Assembly (NCBI RefSeq): GCF_009834535.1
Contig: NC_045696.1
Location: forward strand, 72,542,001 to 72,606,000
From: Camelus ferus
Taxonomy: Eukaryota
Reading direction: 5' to 3'
Length of the DNA: 64,000 nucleotides
Shown here one piece after another: positions 52,222-64,000 of the stretch (positions within the stretch are counted from its first letter, which is position 1; every line of letters begins with the position of its first letter). Below the pieces are notes generated by a model. That model saw only the letters and a list, made by a program, of their open reading frames with translations, searched no databases and was not told the origin of the DNA. A program made the translations under genes and the position numbers.

Positions 52222-53144
52222 CTGGGCCAGGTTCATGGATGTGTGCAGTCACACAGGCCCTCCACTCAGAAAGGTCAATGCTTGCTTCACTACTTTCCTG
52301 TTGCTGTCTTTAAATTCTTAAAAATTTTATCTTTGAACTTGTGTTTTCTAAGTTATGTCCAGAGGGGCAATGGAGCATGTCCTTGAGCAAAGGAAATACA
52401 CATAACTTGAGTGTCACCATTCCTTTCTTCTTCATTCTCATATAGAATTCACAGTGCCCAATAAGCACAGAGTTTCGGTGGACTCACAATGTGTGGGATT
52501 TTAGTGAGACTCAGATTGACTTTAGAACTCGCCTCTAGTGCAGAAACAATGGAAGGATGTTCTAAGAACATGAAAGCCCAAGGAATCCGTGAAACCCTTG
52601 CTTACTTCTTTGTATTAACCACCCACTTGTGCTGAAAATGATGACCTAGAAGGAAAGGGAAAGACAAGTCAGCCCCTAGTTCAGGCTTTGCTTGTTCATC
52701 AGTAAGCCAAAAGAAGAAAGTATTGATAGAATGTGCACACATGAAGAAGTGAAATAAAAACAGCGAGTTAGTTTTGTGCCATGTTTCCCCTGTTCTGATA
52801 GGAACAAATTACATTTGCGCATATGAACTATGACAAATGAGTTGTGTCATTTCAATGAGTCTGCATTTGAGTTAAATGCTTTTTTATAAAACTCCCATTG
52901 TACAATATAAAGATGAATGATAAAATTCATGCTAATAATTTAAATTTTTTATATTGTTCTTCGCTTAGAAAGATATTAAATAGCAAATTTAAAAAACACC
53001 ATGACAAATTGAGAGAAAGAGACCACAGAAAAAATGAAAACACTTTGTTTTAATACCTTTAATGGCACATTTTTCTTGCTTTTTAAGCAAGAGGCCCTGC
53101 ATTTTCATTTTGCACTGAGTCCTGTAAACATGCTGTCGGCTCTG
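52222..53144 (+). mobile_element. MER45B/C-like hAT-Tip100 DNA transposon
   Basis: Start ctgggccaggttcatgg...tgtgcagtcacacaggccc; end ggccctgcattttcattttgcactgagtcctg. Confidence 0.85.
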
Positions 53145-54369
53145 GTCACTGAGTGTCTCTGCTGACTGCCACTAGGATGGCTGGGGCCTCTGACCCCTTC
53201 TGCCCTTCCCAGGCCCTCTTCCCTAGAGAGGAACCATCATAAAGAGGCTACGAGTTGCTCGTATTTGCTGAACCCATGTGAATGAGGGAGGGAGAGTTTG
53301 GGTCAATCAGGGAGTCCAGGTGTATCCAATACAGTGGTTTAAAAATTTCCAAACACTCTGCTATTTAGCAAGTAGTGCTACTAGTCATTACCCTGATGCT
53401 TTGCATGAAATTGCTGACACCTTGGAAACTGCTTAATGATACATAAAATTATATTTTTTCTGTGTGGAATGCCACTGGGCAAGTGGGTATTACTTATAGA
53501 TGTATAAATATTGTGCATATTAGCATGAAGAGTCACTTACAAGTCAGTAAGCTTTCTGAACTGTAGAAGAACAAAAGAGAAAAAAATTACAGAGAAACGA
53601 ATAATTTCAGAGGATTTTGTTCAATGATTTCTTAACCTTGGTAAGGCGAATTGTTTATATAAAAGAGTGACTTTAATTTTATTTTGAAGGTAATACAAAG
53701 GCAACATTAAATTAGTTTTTCATTTCACCATTTAGTCTTGGAAGAAAAAAAAATTTTGCTTTCATTTTAGAATCCTGAATGGAACAGAATATTTTTGAAA
53801 CACGGCAAAGCTCGTGCTCATTGTTGCCTCTCTTTAATCCTTTTCCCCACTTTGTTCTTTGGATCTGCTCCATTCTGATTTGCCTTTTTTTTTTTTCCAT
53901 GAAACAACCCTAGGAGCATATTTGCAAAGCCATTAATAAGGACAAGTGCACCAGCACAATTATTACTTGCTAGCATTAGTGATCAAGGCATGGCCTTACA
54001 CGCTGTGGGGCTGACCCTGTGGGACAAGTCTTAGGTTTCAGGTTCTATTTCCAGAAGTTAGAATCTTTTTGCTTCTGCTTGGTGTTACTCTCATTACCTT
54101 TGTATGCCATCATATCAGCGTGTCCTATAGAAATGCATACATGGGGACTTTGGGGTCTCAGAAAATTGGGTTGAATCTGTTCTTGTAGTTTGTGAAGGTA
54201 ACAAATTAATCTTTGGGGGCCTCTACTTCTCATTTGCAAAATGAAGGAAAGTCCTGGCCTATGGAGTTGTCATAAAGGTTAGAGGAGATATCTTATGTAG
54301 AGCTGGGTATCTGAGACATGTAAGCATTTTCTTCTTTTTCCTTCCATATAAAACTTTACACATGCTTTA

Positions 54370-54870
54370 AAGTCAACTTATAATTTTTTTTAAAAAGTAA
54401 CATTTTTAGTATATATAAAAATTTCAAAAATGTGTACTGCTATGTCCATAATGAAAAGTATACCACCACTTTCCCACTCTGTTTGGCCTACTCCCTACGT
54501 AACCATAGAGCAGCTTTCTGAAAGTCCTCCCAGTGTATGTAAGGATCTGTTTATCTAGCTAGCTCCCCATTTTTTATAATCTAAAATGAGGTCATGCTAT
54601 ACATGCTGATGTGCAATTTATTCTTAACATCTTTACACAGTGGCCTACAGTTCACAGTTCTGTTCTTTTTAACTGCTCCATAGGATTCCATTTTGTGTAT
54701 GCTTCACAATTTATTTTTAGTTGACTCTTGGTTTGTTTCCATTTTGTGATCCCAAACACTGTAGCAGTGAGAATCATTATACACATATCCTTATCCATCT
54801 GGGTAAGTACTCATGTGGGGTACATTTCACGAAGTATAGTTGCTAGATTGACAGGCATATCTATTTTTAC
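54370..54870 (-). mobile_element. Old L1ME-type fragment
   Basis: ttctttttaactgctccataggattccatt...ggtttgtttccatttt...gaagtatagttgctag. Confidence 0.65.
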
Positions 54871-56946
54871 TATGAATCTTTTCTATGTGTCCCCCTCCAA
54901 CTCCAGTTCCACTGATCTCCCTATCCCCTCTGTCAAAAGATCTAGTCTAAGTCATCCACAATAATAATTTGATGTAATCATACCTTTCTGTCTATCACTT
55001 CTTAGGGTTTTGTGAAGAGCCAATACTGTTGGCGAGAGGCCTATATTAATTTTAAACACTTACATAAAATTGGATATAAATTAAATTTTAATAAGTCAGT
55101 ATATAAGTAATAAACTTTACTACTTATAATCGTGAAAGGCCTTGACCCTCTAGGAATTTGGGACTAAACCATCAGGGAAGGTTTTTTGGGAAGCCTAGAG
55201 GGTTGTTCTGAAATCATTCCACATGTACAGACATCTACTCTCTGAATGCCAATCCTATAAACTACAGATCCTCCCTAGAGTTCTTTTCATTGAGACCATG
55301 CTGAATCTTAAACATAAGGACCAAACATAAAGTAACACGAAGGGGCCCTCCCCTGGTGGGGCCTTCCATCCCATTATGCACTGTAGCCACAAAGGGAGAC
55401 ACTCATGTTTTTCTCCAACTTGGTAAACTTCCCTAAGTGGTTTTAGAAGCTCAAATTACAAACAGCTTCCTAATTGTCTTTGAAAACTACCCTTCCTATG
55501 AGTGTTGAATTATTGCTGATTGAGTTTTATCCTTGGGTTTTACTGTGTCCTCGGTGACAAGTCCTGGATCCAAGGAAAATACAGAGAAATGCTCTGAAAG
55601 CAAACCTTTTCCTACTCATAAGAAAATGCCATTATTCAGTTGCTTCCATAGACCTGGGGAAACAATGTATGCCTTTCATCCCTCTGTTTCTCTAACAGTC
55701 CTCATTGTATCTGCCTTGTCTGTGAATGGGTTCCACCGTGCAGGAAGTGACATGGCACAGTGAGTTTAAGAATACTCCTTATTTTCGTTCAGTTGGGTAA
55801 CACCAAGTGTCTCGCTCTATAACAAGAGAAAGGTTATGGGAACTCACGTCACAATGAAGATGACTCACTAATCCTCTGATTAGCTCATCTGGACAAACTT
55901 CTGCAGTTGAAGCAATGTCATAAATTTACATCGTGTGCCTTCAAGTAAAATTTTTCTGTAAGGAACTCCTTTTGAGTAATTACAAAATAAATAGGTATAG
56001 AATGTCACCTTTCTTGCTCCAGAATATTTTGGACCCCTTCATAAATAAACATTTCCAAGGTCATATAGCCAGGTCAAACTCAAATTGATCAGACTTTAAA
56101 ATCTAAGTTTTTCTATTGTACTACATCACCTCTCAAATAAAAAGGTTGCCTGGCTTTTACAATGTAAAGTTTTATGATTACATAAAATGTAAAGTTTTAA
56201 TTTTTTAGTACTTAAACTCTGCCCCTAAAGCAAACATTTTCTTCACAAATCAGGGATTTTGAGGAAAGAGTTCTTTTTTTCATACTTCCCAATAATCTCT
56301 AAAAATTACATCAAATTGCAGTCCCTTCATTGATTATCATATCAGATGAAAAAGGCTAGGAAAATTTTTACCAAACTTGAAGAATATGTTTGGGCTTATC
56401 TGACTTGGTTCACAGGCTAATAGTACATATGAAATTTATTTGGGGAGGGGTTCCCCAAAAATATAGACTGTGATCATCTGGATTAATTGAAACTAGGGCA
56501 CTCAGGAAAACCTATGTGACTGCCAGCTGGCAGAGATGAGGGACAGAGGAAACACAGGGGACAAAGGAAACAGTGGTGTCCTGTAGGACCCCCAGTTCCA
56601 AAGTCACAACGGAGTACTACCCCATGCAAGTGTGACATGTCGTTGAGTGACTTCTCATAAGCACAGTTCTGTGTGGTGGTTTGGGGTGGGTTGCAGCTGG
56701 GATTTGTTTACTTAAGGATGATTAGTGACTCTGTAATATCTTGGGTTATTTTACTAACAACACTCAGGTTTGGGTCCTCGGTAGTTGTCAAACTTGGCTT
56801 TCCTATCTCAGCATTTACTGGTCATTCCCTTAAACCTCTCTGAGTCTTCGCATTGTTAAGGGGTGTTAGACAGATGTGTCCTGACACAGCAGCAGGCATC
56901 GTGCATGGCCCCCCCCCCCACATCAGGACTTTTCAAGGTCAACAGC

Positions 56947-57076
56947 AAGGGTGACTCTGTGTCCCAAACCAGGAAAGTCCCCGTTTAAATCTGTTGTTTG
57001 TGCCGAGTTATTAATGGCGTCCTCTTTTCTTTTCAGAAGTTTCCTGGTTTGCTCAATGAAGTATAGGGTCACCCTA
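56947..57076 (+). mobile_element. MER94 hAT-Blackjack MITE
   Basis: TIR AGGGTGAC/GTCACCCT; interior ttattaatggcgtcctc resembles MER94. Confidence 0.8.
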
Positions 57077-60000
57077 ACCATAGCTAATATGACTCTGCAG
57101 AACTTGGGTTGAGTTCTGAGAGGTTGTCAGGGCCTGGAGACCAGGCCTGCAACTCGTGGGATCTTTGACAGCCAATCTTGGACCCTGGCTCAGACCGCAG
57201 CCTCTTGGTGAGGAACTGCCCACCAGGAGTCAAGCCAGAAGCCTCTCGTGATAGCAGAACAAGTTGCTCGCTCAGAAGCAGGCCACTCCCACCAGAGCAG
57301 GCAGGATTTCTCCCTCCTGAAGGTCACGCTTCCTTGGTCATGGCTGGTTCCTGCAAGGTCTAAGGTTTTGCGCATTAGCCAACAGGGTGGGTGGGCTCAT
57401 CACCCGGGTGACAGTCTCTGCTTCATCCTCCGAGGTTTCTCAGACCTGCTGCTCCTGCTCACTGTGGTAGATGCAAACCCTCTTGTCACCTAACCCTCCA
57501 TGCTCTTGCCCTCGGGCTGATCTGTCTCCCAGAGAGATGGTCAGCGCACTGAAGGCACACACCACTTACCAAAATTCTTTGGATCCCCAGCACCTCGCAT
57601 CTAAAAGATGTTCAGGAACTGTTTACTGATGATGCCGATTTTTAAAACTCTATCTGCCGCTTGCTTTTGCCAATGCCATTCTCCCCTTCCAGCTGATATA
57701 AATGCCTACAGAACACACTTTTCATTTTGCCAAAAGCTTACATATTTTGTACCTCTCTCTACCATGTTGTAGTTTAGTATAAAATGAACCAATGTGATGA
57801 TTTTTTTAAGAAGCTTTAAAACACCTTGAAAGCTTCTAAAGAAAGAGGCTAATGTGAAAACATTTATAAATAATTTGAAAGTTGTGTTTCTCTTGATTAG
57901 ACTAAAGACAGGGGCAGCATTTTTAGGAAGGCCACTGCCACAATGTATATATGTTACTTGGAAAGGGAAGGAGACTGAGAACCTAGTCTTCTCCCCCTAA
58001 CACTGGGTGGCTTTGTTTGCCATCTTGGCTAATTGCCACCTTGGAGTGCCCTCGGAGCCCTAAGGAGATGGGACCCAGGATAAATACTTGCTTGTGAGTT
58101 TCTTGAGGCCAGGATCTGATCATTTATCATTTGTCTCTGCAATCACTGAAATGTGGCAGGTGTGCAATAATCTTTTCTGAAACAGGATGGTGGCAAGAAA
58201 GACCCACAGTTTCAGGCGCAGTCTGGGGAGTTTACATGTGGGGTGGAATAGGATTCTGAGTGCTGGAGGTGGTGTTACAAAGGGATTCTGAAGGTACACT
58301 TAGCCCAAGCTTAGCCCCATGGTTCTAACAGCCTGGAAGACCAGGGTTTGGCCAGAGACTAGTTCTTACTCAGAACAATCCAAGATTCTTATTTCACTGT
58401 GGCACACAGAACCCTAGGGACCTGCCGCCCACTGGCCTTATTCCCTACCCGACCTCAAATTTAAGAGATTTTTTTGAAGAAACACCAGGCTGCTTCCCAC
58501 ACCACTGGATTATTTGCGTTGTTTCCTATGCCCTGTCACCTTTCCCACCTGCAGATTACTTCTTCAAGCCTCAGCCTGGGCACAGTGTATGGCAGAAGCC
58601 CCCCTAAGGACACTCCTGTATTTACTTGGGCATAACTTATGCCATTGTATTAAAATTTTGTAATTATTTTTTTGTCTCCCCAAATAGTAAGGCCTCTTAA
58701 GTCCAGAACCTTCTCATCTTCACCCTGGTGCCCCTGAAACTCAGCAGAGTTCTTGGCATAATTTAGGAGCTCAGTTAAAGTTTGTTGAACTAAACTGAGA
58801 CTTGTCTACATACAAGTGAACATCACTGTATATTAAAACCGCATGGATGAAATGTTAAACATTACTATAAATTCAGTGTTTTCCATCTTACCATCTTTAA
58901 AAAGCTAGAGGCTAAATTTAGACAGTTCCTTGCTGGTGTATTTATTTGTAATTAGATCGAGGATTTTCAGGGAAAGAAAAAGAAAAGTCGATCTATGAGT
59001 TTATTTGTCCCCCCCCCCAAATCATTTTCTAGAAGGATGATACCTCGGAGGTGAGATCAAAGATAATTGTACCTGTCTTAGAAACCCTCAGGTTGTTTTT
59101 AAGTAAAACAAAATGGGATGATTAGAAAAGATTATGTTTAGAAATATAATTATTTCCTAACTTCTGAGCACATGCTTTGAGAGTGCTTCTTTGAATACAT
59201 GCACTGACAAATATTCCATTAAAGGATAGACTTGTTTATAGCAAAAACATTTCAGTGCAACAAGGTTATCCATTTGGCAGTTTCTTATAATACACTGTAA
59301 TTATATAGTGTAATTTTAAAAATTCTGATTAGAAAAAAATGTGAATTCTAATTATTTCTAAAAGCTTGTATATTAAAAATGTCCAGTTTAAGGTAAAGTG
59401 GACCAAAGTTAGGATGTCTAAACTGAAGAATCTTATTGATATCTTCTTGAGAAAGGGATTGATATGATATAATTAATAAAAAGTTTGAAAATAAATATTG
59501 CCTTTTATCACCTCACTGAAGTATAGCCAAATATACTTTGTATCTGCACAGTTGACCAGCCAGTGGCTAACTACTGTTACAGGAGATACCTAAGGCCATA
59601 TTTCAGAAATTTAAGAAAGACAACGCACATTTCATGGGAATAATTAGACAGGGTAGATACCACCTTGCAGAGACTTTGCAAGGATGATTGTTTGTCATTT
59701 ACCCATTATTCCACAGGGATAATTTTCCAGCAATTAGGTCACCACTCAGGCTCTGTTACTGTTAGGAGGTCAAGATCTCAAAGGAGAAACTTTCAGTACT
59801 ATGGAGGAGCTCTGAAGAGCTGTCCAGTACACCTGTGAATCTGGAGCCACACTGGCTGCATTCCAGGATTCTGGAATAAAGACCAGGGACTAGATAAGTT
59901 CCCCCACGGTTTTGCTCTTAAGTTGTCTTAGGTTGTGGGCTAACAGAATTGAAAGCATGTGAAAAAATCTAAGTTCATTCAGTAAGTACTTTTGTGAGGA

Positions 60001-60937
60001 TCTCTGAAAACTGTGCAAGACACAGGAAGACACTTGTGTGGCTCCTGACCTAGAATAACTTAGGGACTAATTAGAAGATGTGATCTGAGTGTAAACAGCA
60101 CTTCCAAAACAGCTAATGCAATCCATTTTCAAGAAGTGTTGTGGGAGAATAGGAAAGTGTCAAGCAGCAGGTTTTGGAATAGTGAAAAGGGTTGGTCTTC
60201 CTGCCTACCTGGGGCTGGTTTCCAGGTCACAGATATTGCAGACGCAGATTGCAGGATTCACTTGTGCTCTGTGGTCTTGATGAAAGCCCTGATTTCAGAG
60301 AAAAATACCCCTGTCCTTTGCTGATAAGGTTGATTGAATGATGCCAAATTGAATCTGTGGTTCCATATTGATCCATGGATCCCTTGCCTTGAAATGGCAA
60401 GAACCTGGGTCTTAAAAAACAATTTTATCAAATAGACCATACACTGTCCTGCCAGAAATAGACAAACAAAAGGGCACCAAATATGTAGTATGGGAGAATT
60501 AAGTTGAGAAAAATACATTTGAAGATGAGGTTTTTAAATTAAGTTTGAGAGAGAACTTTGAAGCAGCTCTGATTTCAGATGTTTCCAGTAACTTGCCAGG
60601 TAAGGAAAAGAAGCCTGAGATTCACAGGGACCCCTAGTGAAATTCCTGGATCTACTTTATTTCTTATGAGGCAAAGAAAATTTCAGGAGAAATTATCTTT
60701 ATTTTGATACTCCTAATTTGATGTATTCTAAAACGAAGGCATGGATTCAGATGTACAATTCTTTGAAAACAATAGCAAAAGTAAAAAGGTTTTTCTCATA
60801 CTTAAGTCTTTTTCTTACTTTTATCTATATAATTTATTTGGCAAATATTTAAATGCCTAGCTTTAAAAACTTAACTATCTTCACCGCATTCTGAAGTGTG
60901 CCAAGCTGTAGCTTACATGCATAAAGAAACTCCAGGG

Positions 60938-61552
60938 TGTGGTGGAAATTGGCTCCTTTTGCCTCCCGGCACCCTTTCCCCCTTTATAAAATAATATTAC
61001 TGCTCTCTGAGGAATTGTCTTGCCCTCATTGCATATGATTCGGTGTCCCTACTAATTAAAGGGCACCACCCCCTCGTCCCCAGGCCAAAGTGGTGAGAAA
61101 GTGGTCCAGGCCTGGCCCATTAGAGGATCCCATTGAGCTGGTCACATTGAACAATCTATTAGAATCCTTTACAGGGATTTTTTAGATAAATTCTAGGAAA
61201 AGAAGCTCCCTCTTTTCTCGTGGGGCCATTAAGTTGTGATAATGTAATTCTGAGGTTGTCTAGTCTCCCTGCTCCAGCCTTTCAAGGATGTTTATCACTG
61301 AAGGAAAGAATGAGGCCAATAATTAAGAGAAAGAGGAAAAAAAAAAAAAAAACAGATGAGATGAAGAGTAAAAAGAGTGAGTGTGAGCATGCACACATTT
61401 TGGACAATGAGCTGATGACCCCTTTTGAGTCTCTGATAGTCTCTGAGCCCTGCTCCATCCTGAATTTTCTCAACCATGTGAACCAAACATTTACTTAAAC
61501 TTTTGAGTTGGATGTCTTTTCATCAATAGTAGAAAGAATGCAGTCTTACACA
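60938..61552 (+). mobile_element. Old MaLR LTR (MLT1J/K/L-like)
   Basis: tgtggtgg...ccaggcctggccca...atgtgaaccaa...ttgagttgg...aaaga...ca architecture. Confidence 0.6.
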
Positions 61553-61629
61553 TAAGGTTAAAGCTTTATATTGTTAATCCCATCCCTACTAAAGAGGCAA
61601 TAGAAACATCCATTGATCTCTCCACCCAT

Positions 61630-63000
61630 TTATTTATTCATTCATTCATCCATCCATTTATGCAGTGAACATCTAATAGGAACTTGCTGTATCCAGGCTC
61701 TCTGCATAGCACTTTGGATACAAAGATGACCAAGACATAATCCTAACTCTCAAGGAGTTTCCAACCTTAGAGTGAGAGATGGATTTGTGAATGGATCATT
61801 CATAATAAAATGAAAGAGTTAAAAACACTAGATATGTGGGCTCCACTATGTTTGCCTGGGAAACTGGAGAAAGTTGAGCAATAAAATAATAAGCAGGGGT
61901 GAATAGGCAAGAATGGTTTGAAGAAGAAGCTAGAATGTGTGAACAAATGTGTAACGCCCTGAAAGTGCCTGATACTTCTGGGGATTGGAGAGATGATGGC
62001 TGTGGTGGAAGGTGGATATAGTAAAGGAAGTGGTGGGATATGAGCCTGGAGAGGTGGTTATGGTGGAATCTGAAGGGCTTGATATGTGAGGCTAAGAACT
62101 TTGGATAATCCTAAAGTCGGCAGACAATGAATAGAAACTTGTTTTTCCCCTTTGCATGTTATCTTGTCTTGTTTTGGGCAGAGAAGAGCTTATTTTTTAG
62201 GAACTTAACAGTGTCTGTGTGGAGGATGAACCAGAGCTGAGAAGAGTGGGTTAGACTGCGTTAGTTCAAGCTCCAGGGTGTGAAGGTCAGAGGCAATGCT
62301 GTCTTCAAGAGACATAACTGGAAATTGGTAGGATTTGGTGCTGGCCAGGGCAGTAGAGAGAGGCAGGGATTGACCATAGATTTGTAACTTGAATTTCCAG
62401 GAGGAATTTAAAAGCATCAGTCAAGATCAGGGTCATAACACGGGAGGGTATGCTCAGTGGTAGAGCAAATGCTTAGCATGCAAGAGGTCCGGGGTTTGAT
62501 ATCCAGTACCTCCATTAAAAAATAAATAAATAAACCTAAGTACTACCCACCGCCAGGGGAAAAAAAACAAGAAGAGAAAAATAAATTTTTTTAAAAAAAA
62601 GATCAGGGTAAGGAAAAGAGAAGATGTGTGGAGAAGATAGCAGGTTGTCTTTTGGAAATATTAACTTGCGGGATGTGGAAGAGGTGATGTTTAACAGGCA
62701 GCTGTTAATGTGGGTATAAAACTTAGAATATCAGTTTCAAGATGTCTTAAAAATGTAGAGGATAATTAAGGCTTTAATAGGATGGATGAGCTTATTCACA
62801 GGAGAGCTTTAAGATTGAGGAGAGTAGTGCATCAAGGATGAGACCTCCTTGGGAAACATCAATATTTAAAGAGTAGGAAGAAGAGGATGAGTCAGTGTTA
62901 TAGAGGAAGGAAATGAGAACAAACACCCAATACATAAGAAGGGCTCCTCTGTATATTTTTGAAAAAAGTGAATGGATGGATGAGTAAGAAAAGAGGACTT
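61630..63000 (-). mobile_element. L2 LINE fragment interrupted by a SINE
   Basis: ttcattcattcatcc...cctaactctcaaggagttt..., followed by a purine-rich L2 body. Confidence 0.7.
62442..62600 (+). mobile_element. tRNA-Ala-derived camelid SINE (Vic-1 type)
   Basis: gggagggta-tgctcagtggtagag...gcttagcatgc (AGC anticodon)...ccagtacctccatt, then aaataaataaacctaa and an A-rich tail; TSD aagatcagggt (62423-62433, 62599-62609). Confidence 0.9.
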
Positions 63001-64000
63001 GTAGGCATTAGGAGAGGAAAGAAATTTGAAAGTAGGGATTCAATGCGATGGCCATGTGAGATGGAAGAGAAAGTTACAGATCTGATCTGCTCCTGTTGCA
63101 CTGTTTCCTGAATATATTTAAATCTATTAAATCTAGTGGCTCTACAGCTGGTAGAGTTAGACCTGAATATTTGCCCAAGTGGAAGTAATCAGAACGTGCC
63201 CAGGATATTCGAGGGGAAAGCCCATCGCTAAGAGCATGATGCGTCTGCACTGGGGAGCAGCCTCACTGTGTTACTGGGGACTTCTGGCCCTAGCTGTTTT
63301 CTGGCTGACATTCATACCAGGGGCTCCCACTGAGTCAGTGTATGGGGGGGAGCACTAAGGCAAGCCTTAACGTGAGTGCCCGGAAGGGGTTGCCATGGCA
63401 CACTCCCACCACCTTTGAAGAAGGGAGCGTTTGCTTGCTGGATGTCAGGCTTCTTGATTCTGAGAATTTCCTTCTCTTTTCGTTGGAGGAATAGCTGACA
63501 TTTTCTTCGTGCTCATGGCTGTAAATTGGAGACAACGAGGGGAAAAAAGGTTCGTAGGAAAAGAAAAAAAATCTTTTTACAGCATCTTTTTAGAAACCGT
63601 GACAATTGCATCTTGATAATTATTCATTTAGTTTCTGAGGTTTCAGGAGTTCAAATAGAGGGAGCATGATTCATAAAATTTAAATAGTAGCAGGTAAAGT
63701 CAGATCTGTGACAGGGAGCAGGAGGCTGTCAGGGTGCAATTAGAGATTTCTGGATCACGGGGCAGAGAAGGTGAAACTAATTAAAATGGCTACAACTTCA
63801 GGCCGTGGCCTTACTCAGAAGACTTAAAATGTTCTTGAAATTTTAGTTAACACATTTAAACGATGAACTCAGATGGTGCTGCAACTCACTCAGGTAAAAG
63901 TTGTCAGTAGGTCACAAAGTGGACGTTGGGCACAAGGACTTAGGAAAGCATGTGCCATATGACTCACAGAGGCAGAGCAGAAAATGACCTAATAGGTCTT

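Noticed and set aside
62442..62513. Functional tRNA-Ala(AGC) gene
   Set aside because: Degenerate D and T arms, a SINE-specific tail and a TSD identify it as a SINE copy.
1..64000. CRISPR arrays, operons or other prokaryotic systems
   Set aside because: The sequence is mammalian (MIR, L2, L1); there are no repeat-spacer arrays or dense coding regions.

Overview
This is AT-rich mammalian genomic DNA, very probably from a camelid, judged by a tRNA-Ala-derived Vic-1-type SINE at 62.4 kb. It consists mostly of transposon fossils (L1, L2, MIR, hAT MITEs, two LTRs) and non-coding sequence. I could not identify any intact host protein-coding gene. Nearly all L1 fragments lie on the minus strand, which suggests the window is inside a long intron of a plus-strand gene. 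The main result is at about 7099-7720 on the minus strand: a frameshifted, stop-containing segment whose three-frame translation aligns collinearly, over roughly 200 codons, with the central and C-terminal part of bornavirus nucleoprotein (N). This is a candidate endogenous bornavirus-like N element (EBLN), oriented antisense to the inferred host transcription. The ORF track misses it because the frame is broken. The alignment was done by eye against the BoDV-1 N sequence recalled from memory and needs a tBLASTn/HMM check. Secondary observations include a chain of small plus-strand exon-like segments that would splice in frame, a sense solo LTR with intact promoter motifs, a young L1 with a perfect 16-bp TSD and a perfect 48-bp duplication inside a MIR. 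Repeat family names come from recalled consensus sequences, and boundaries of old repeats are approximate.
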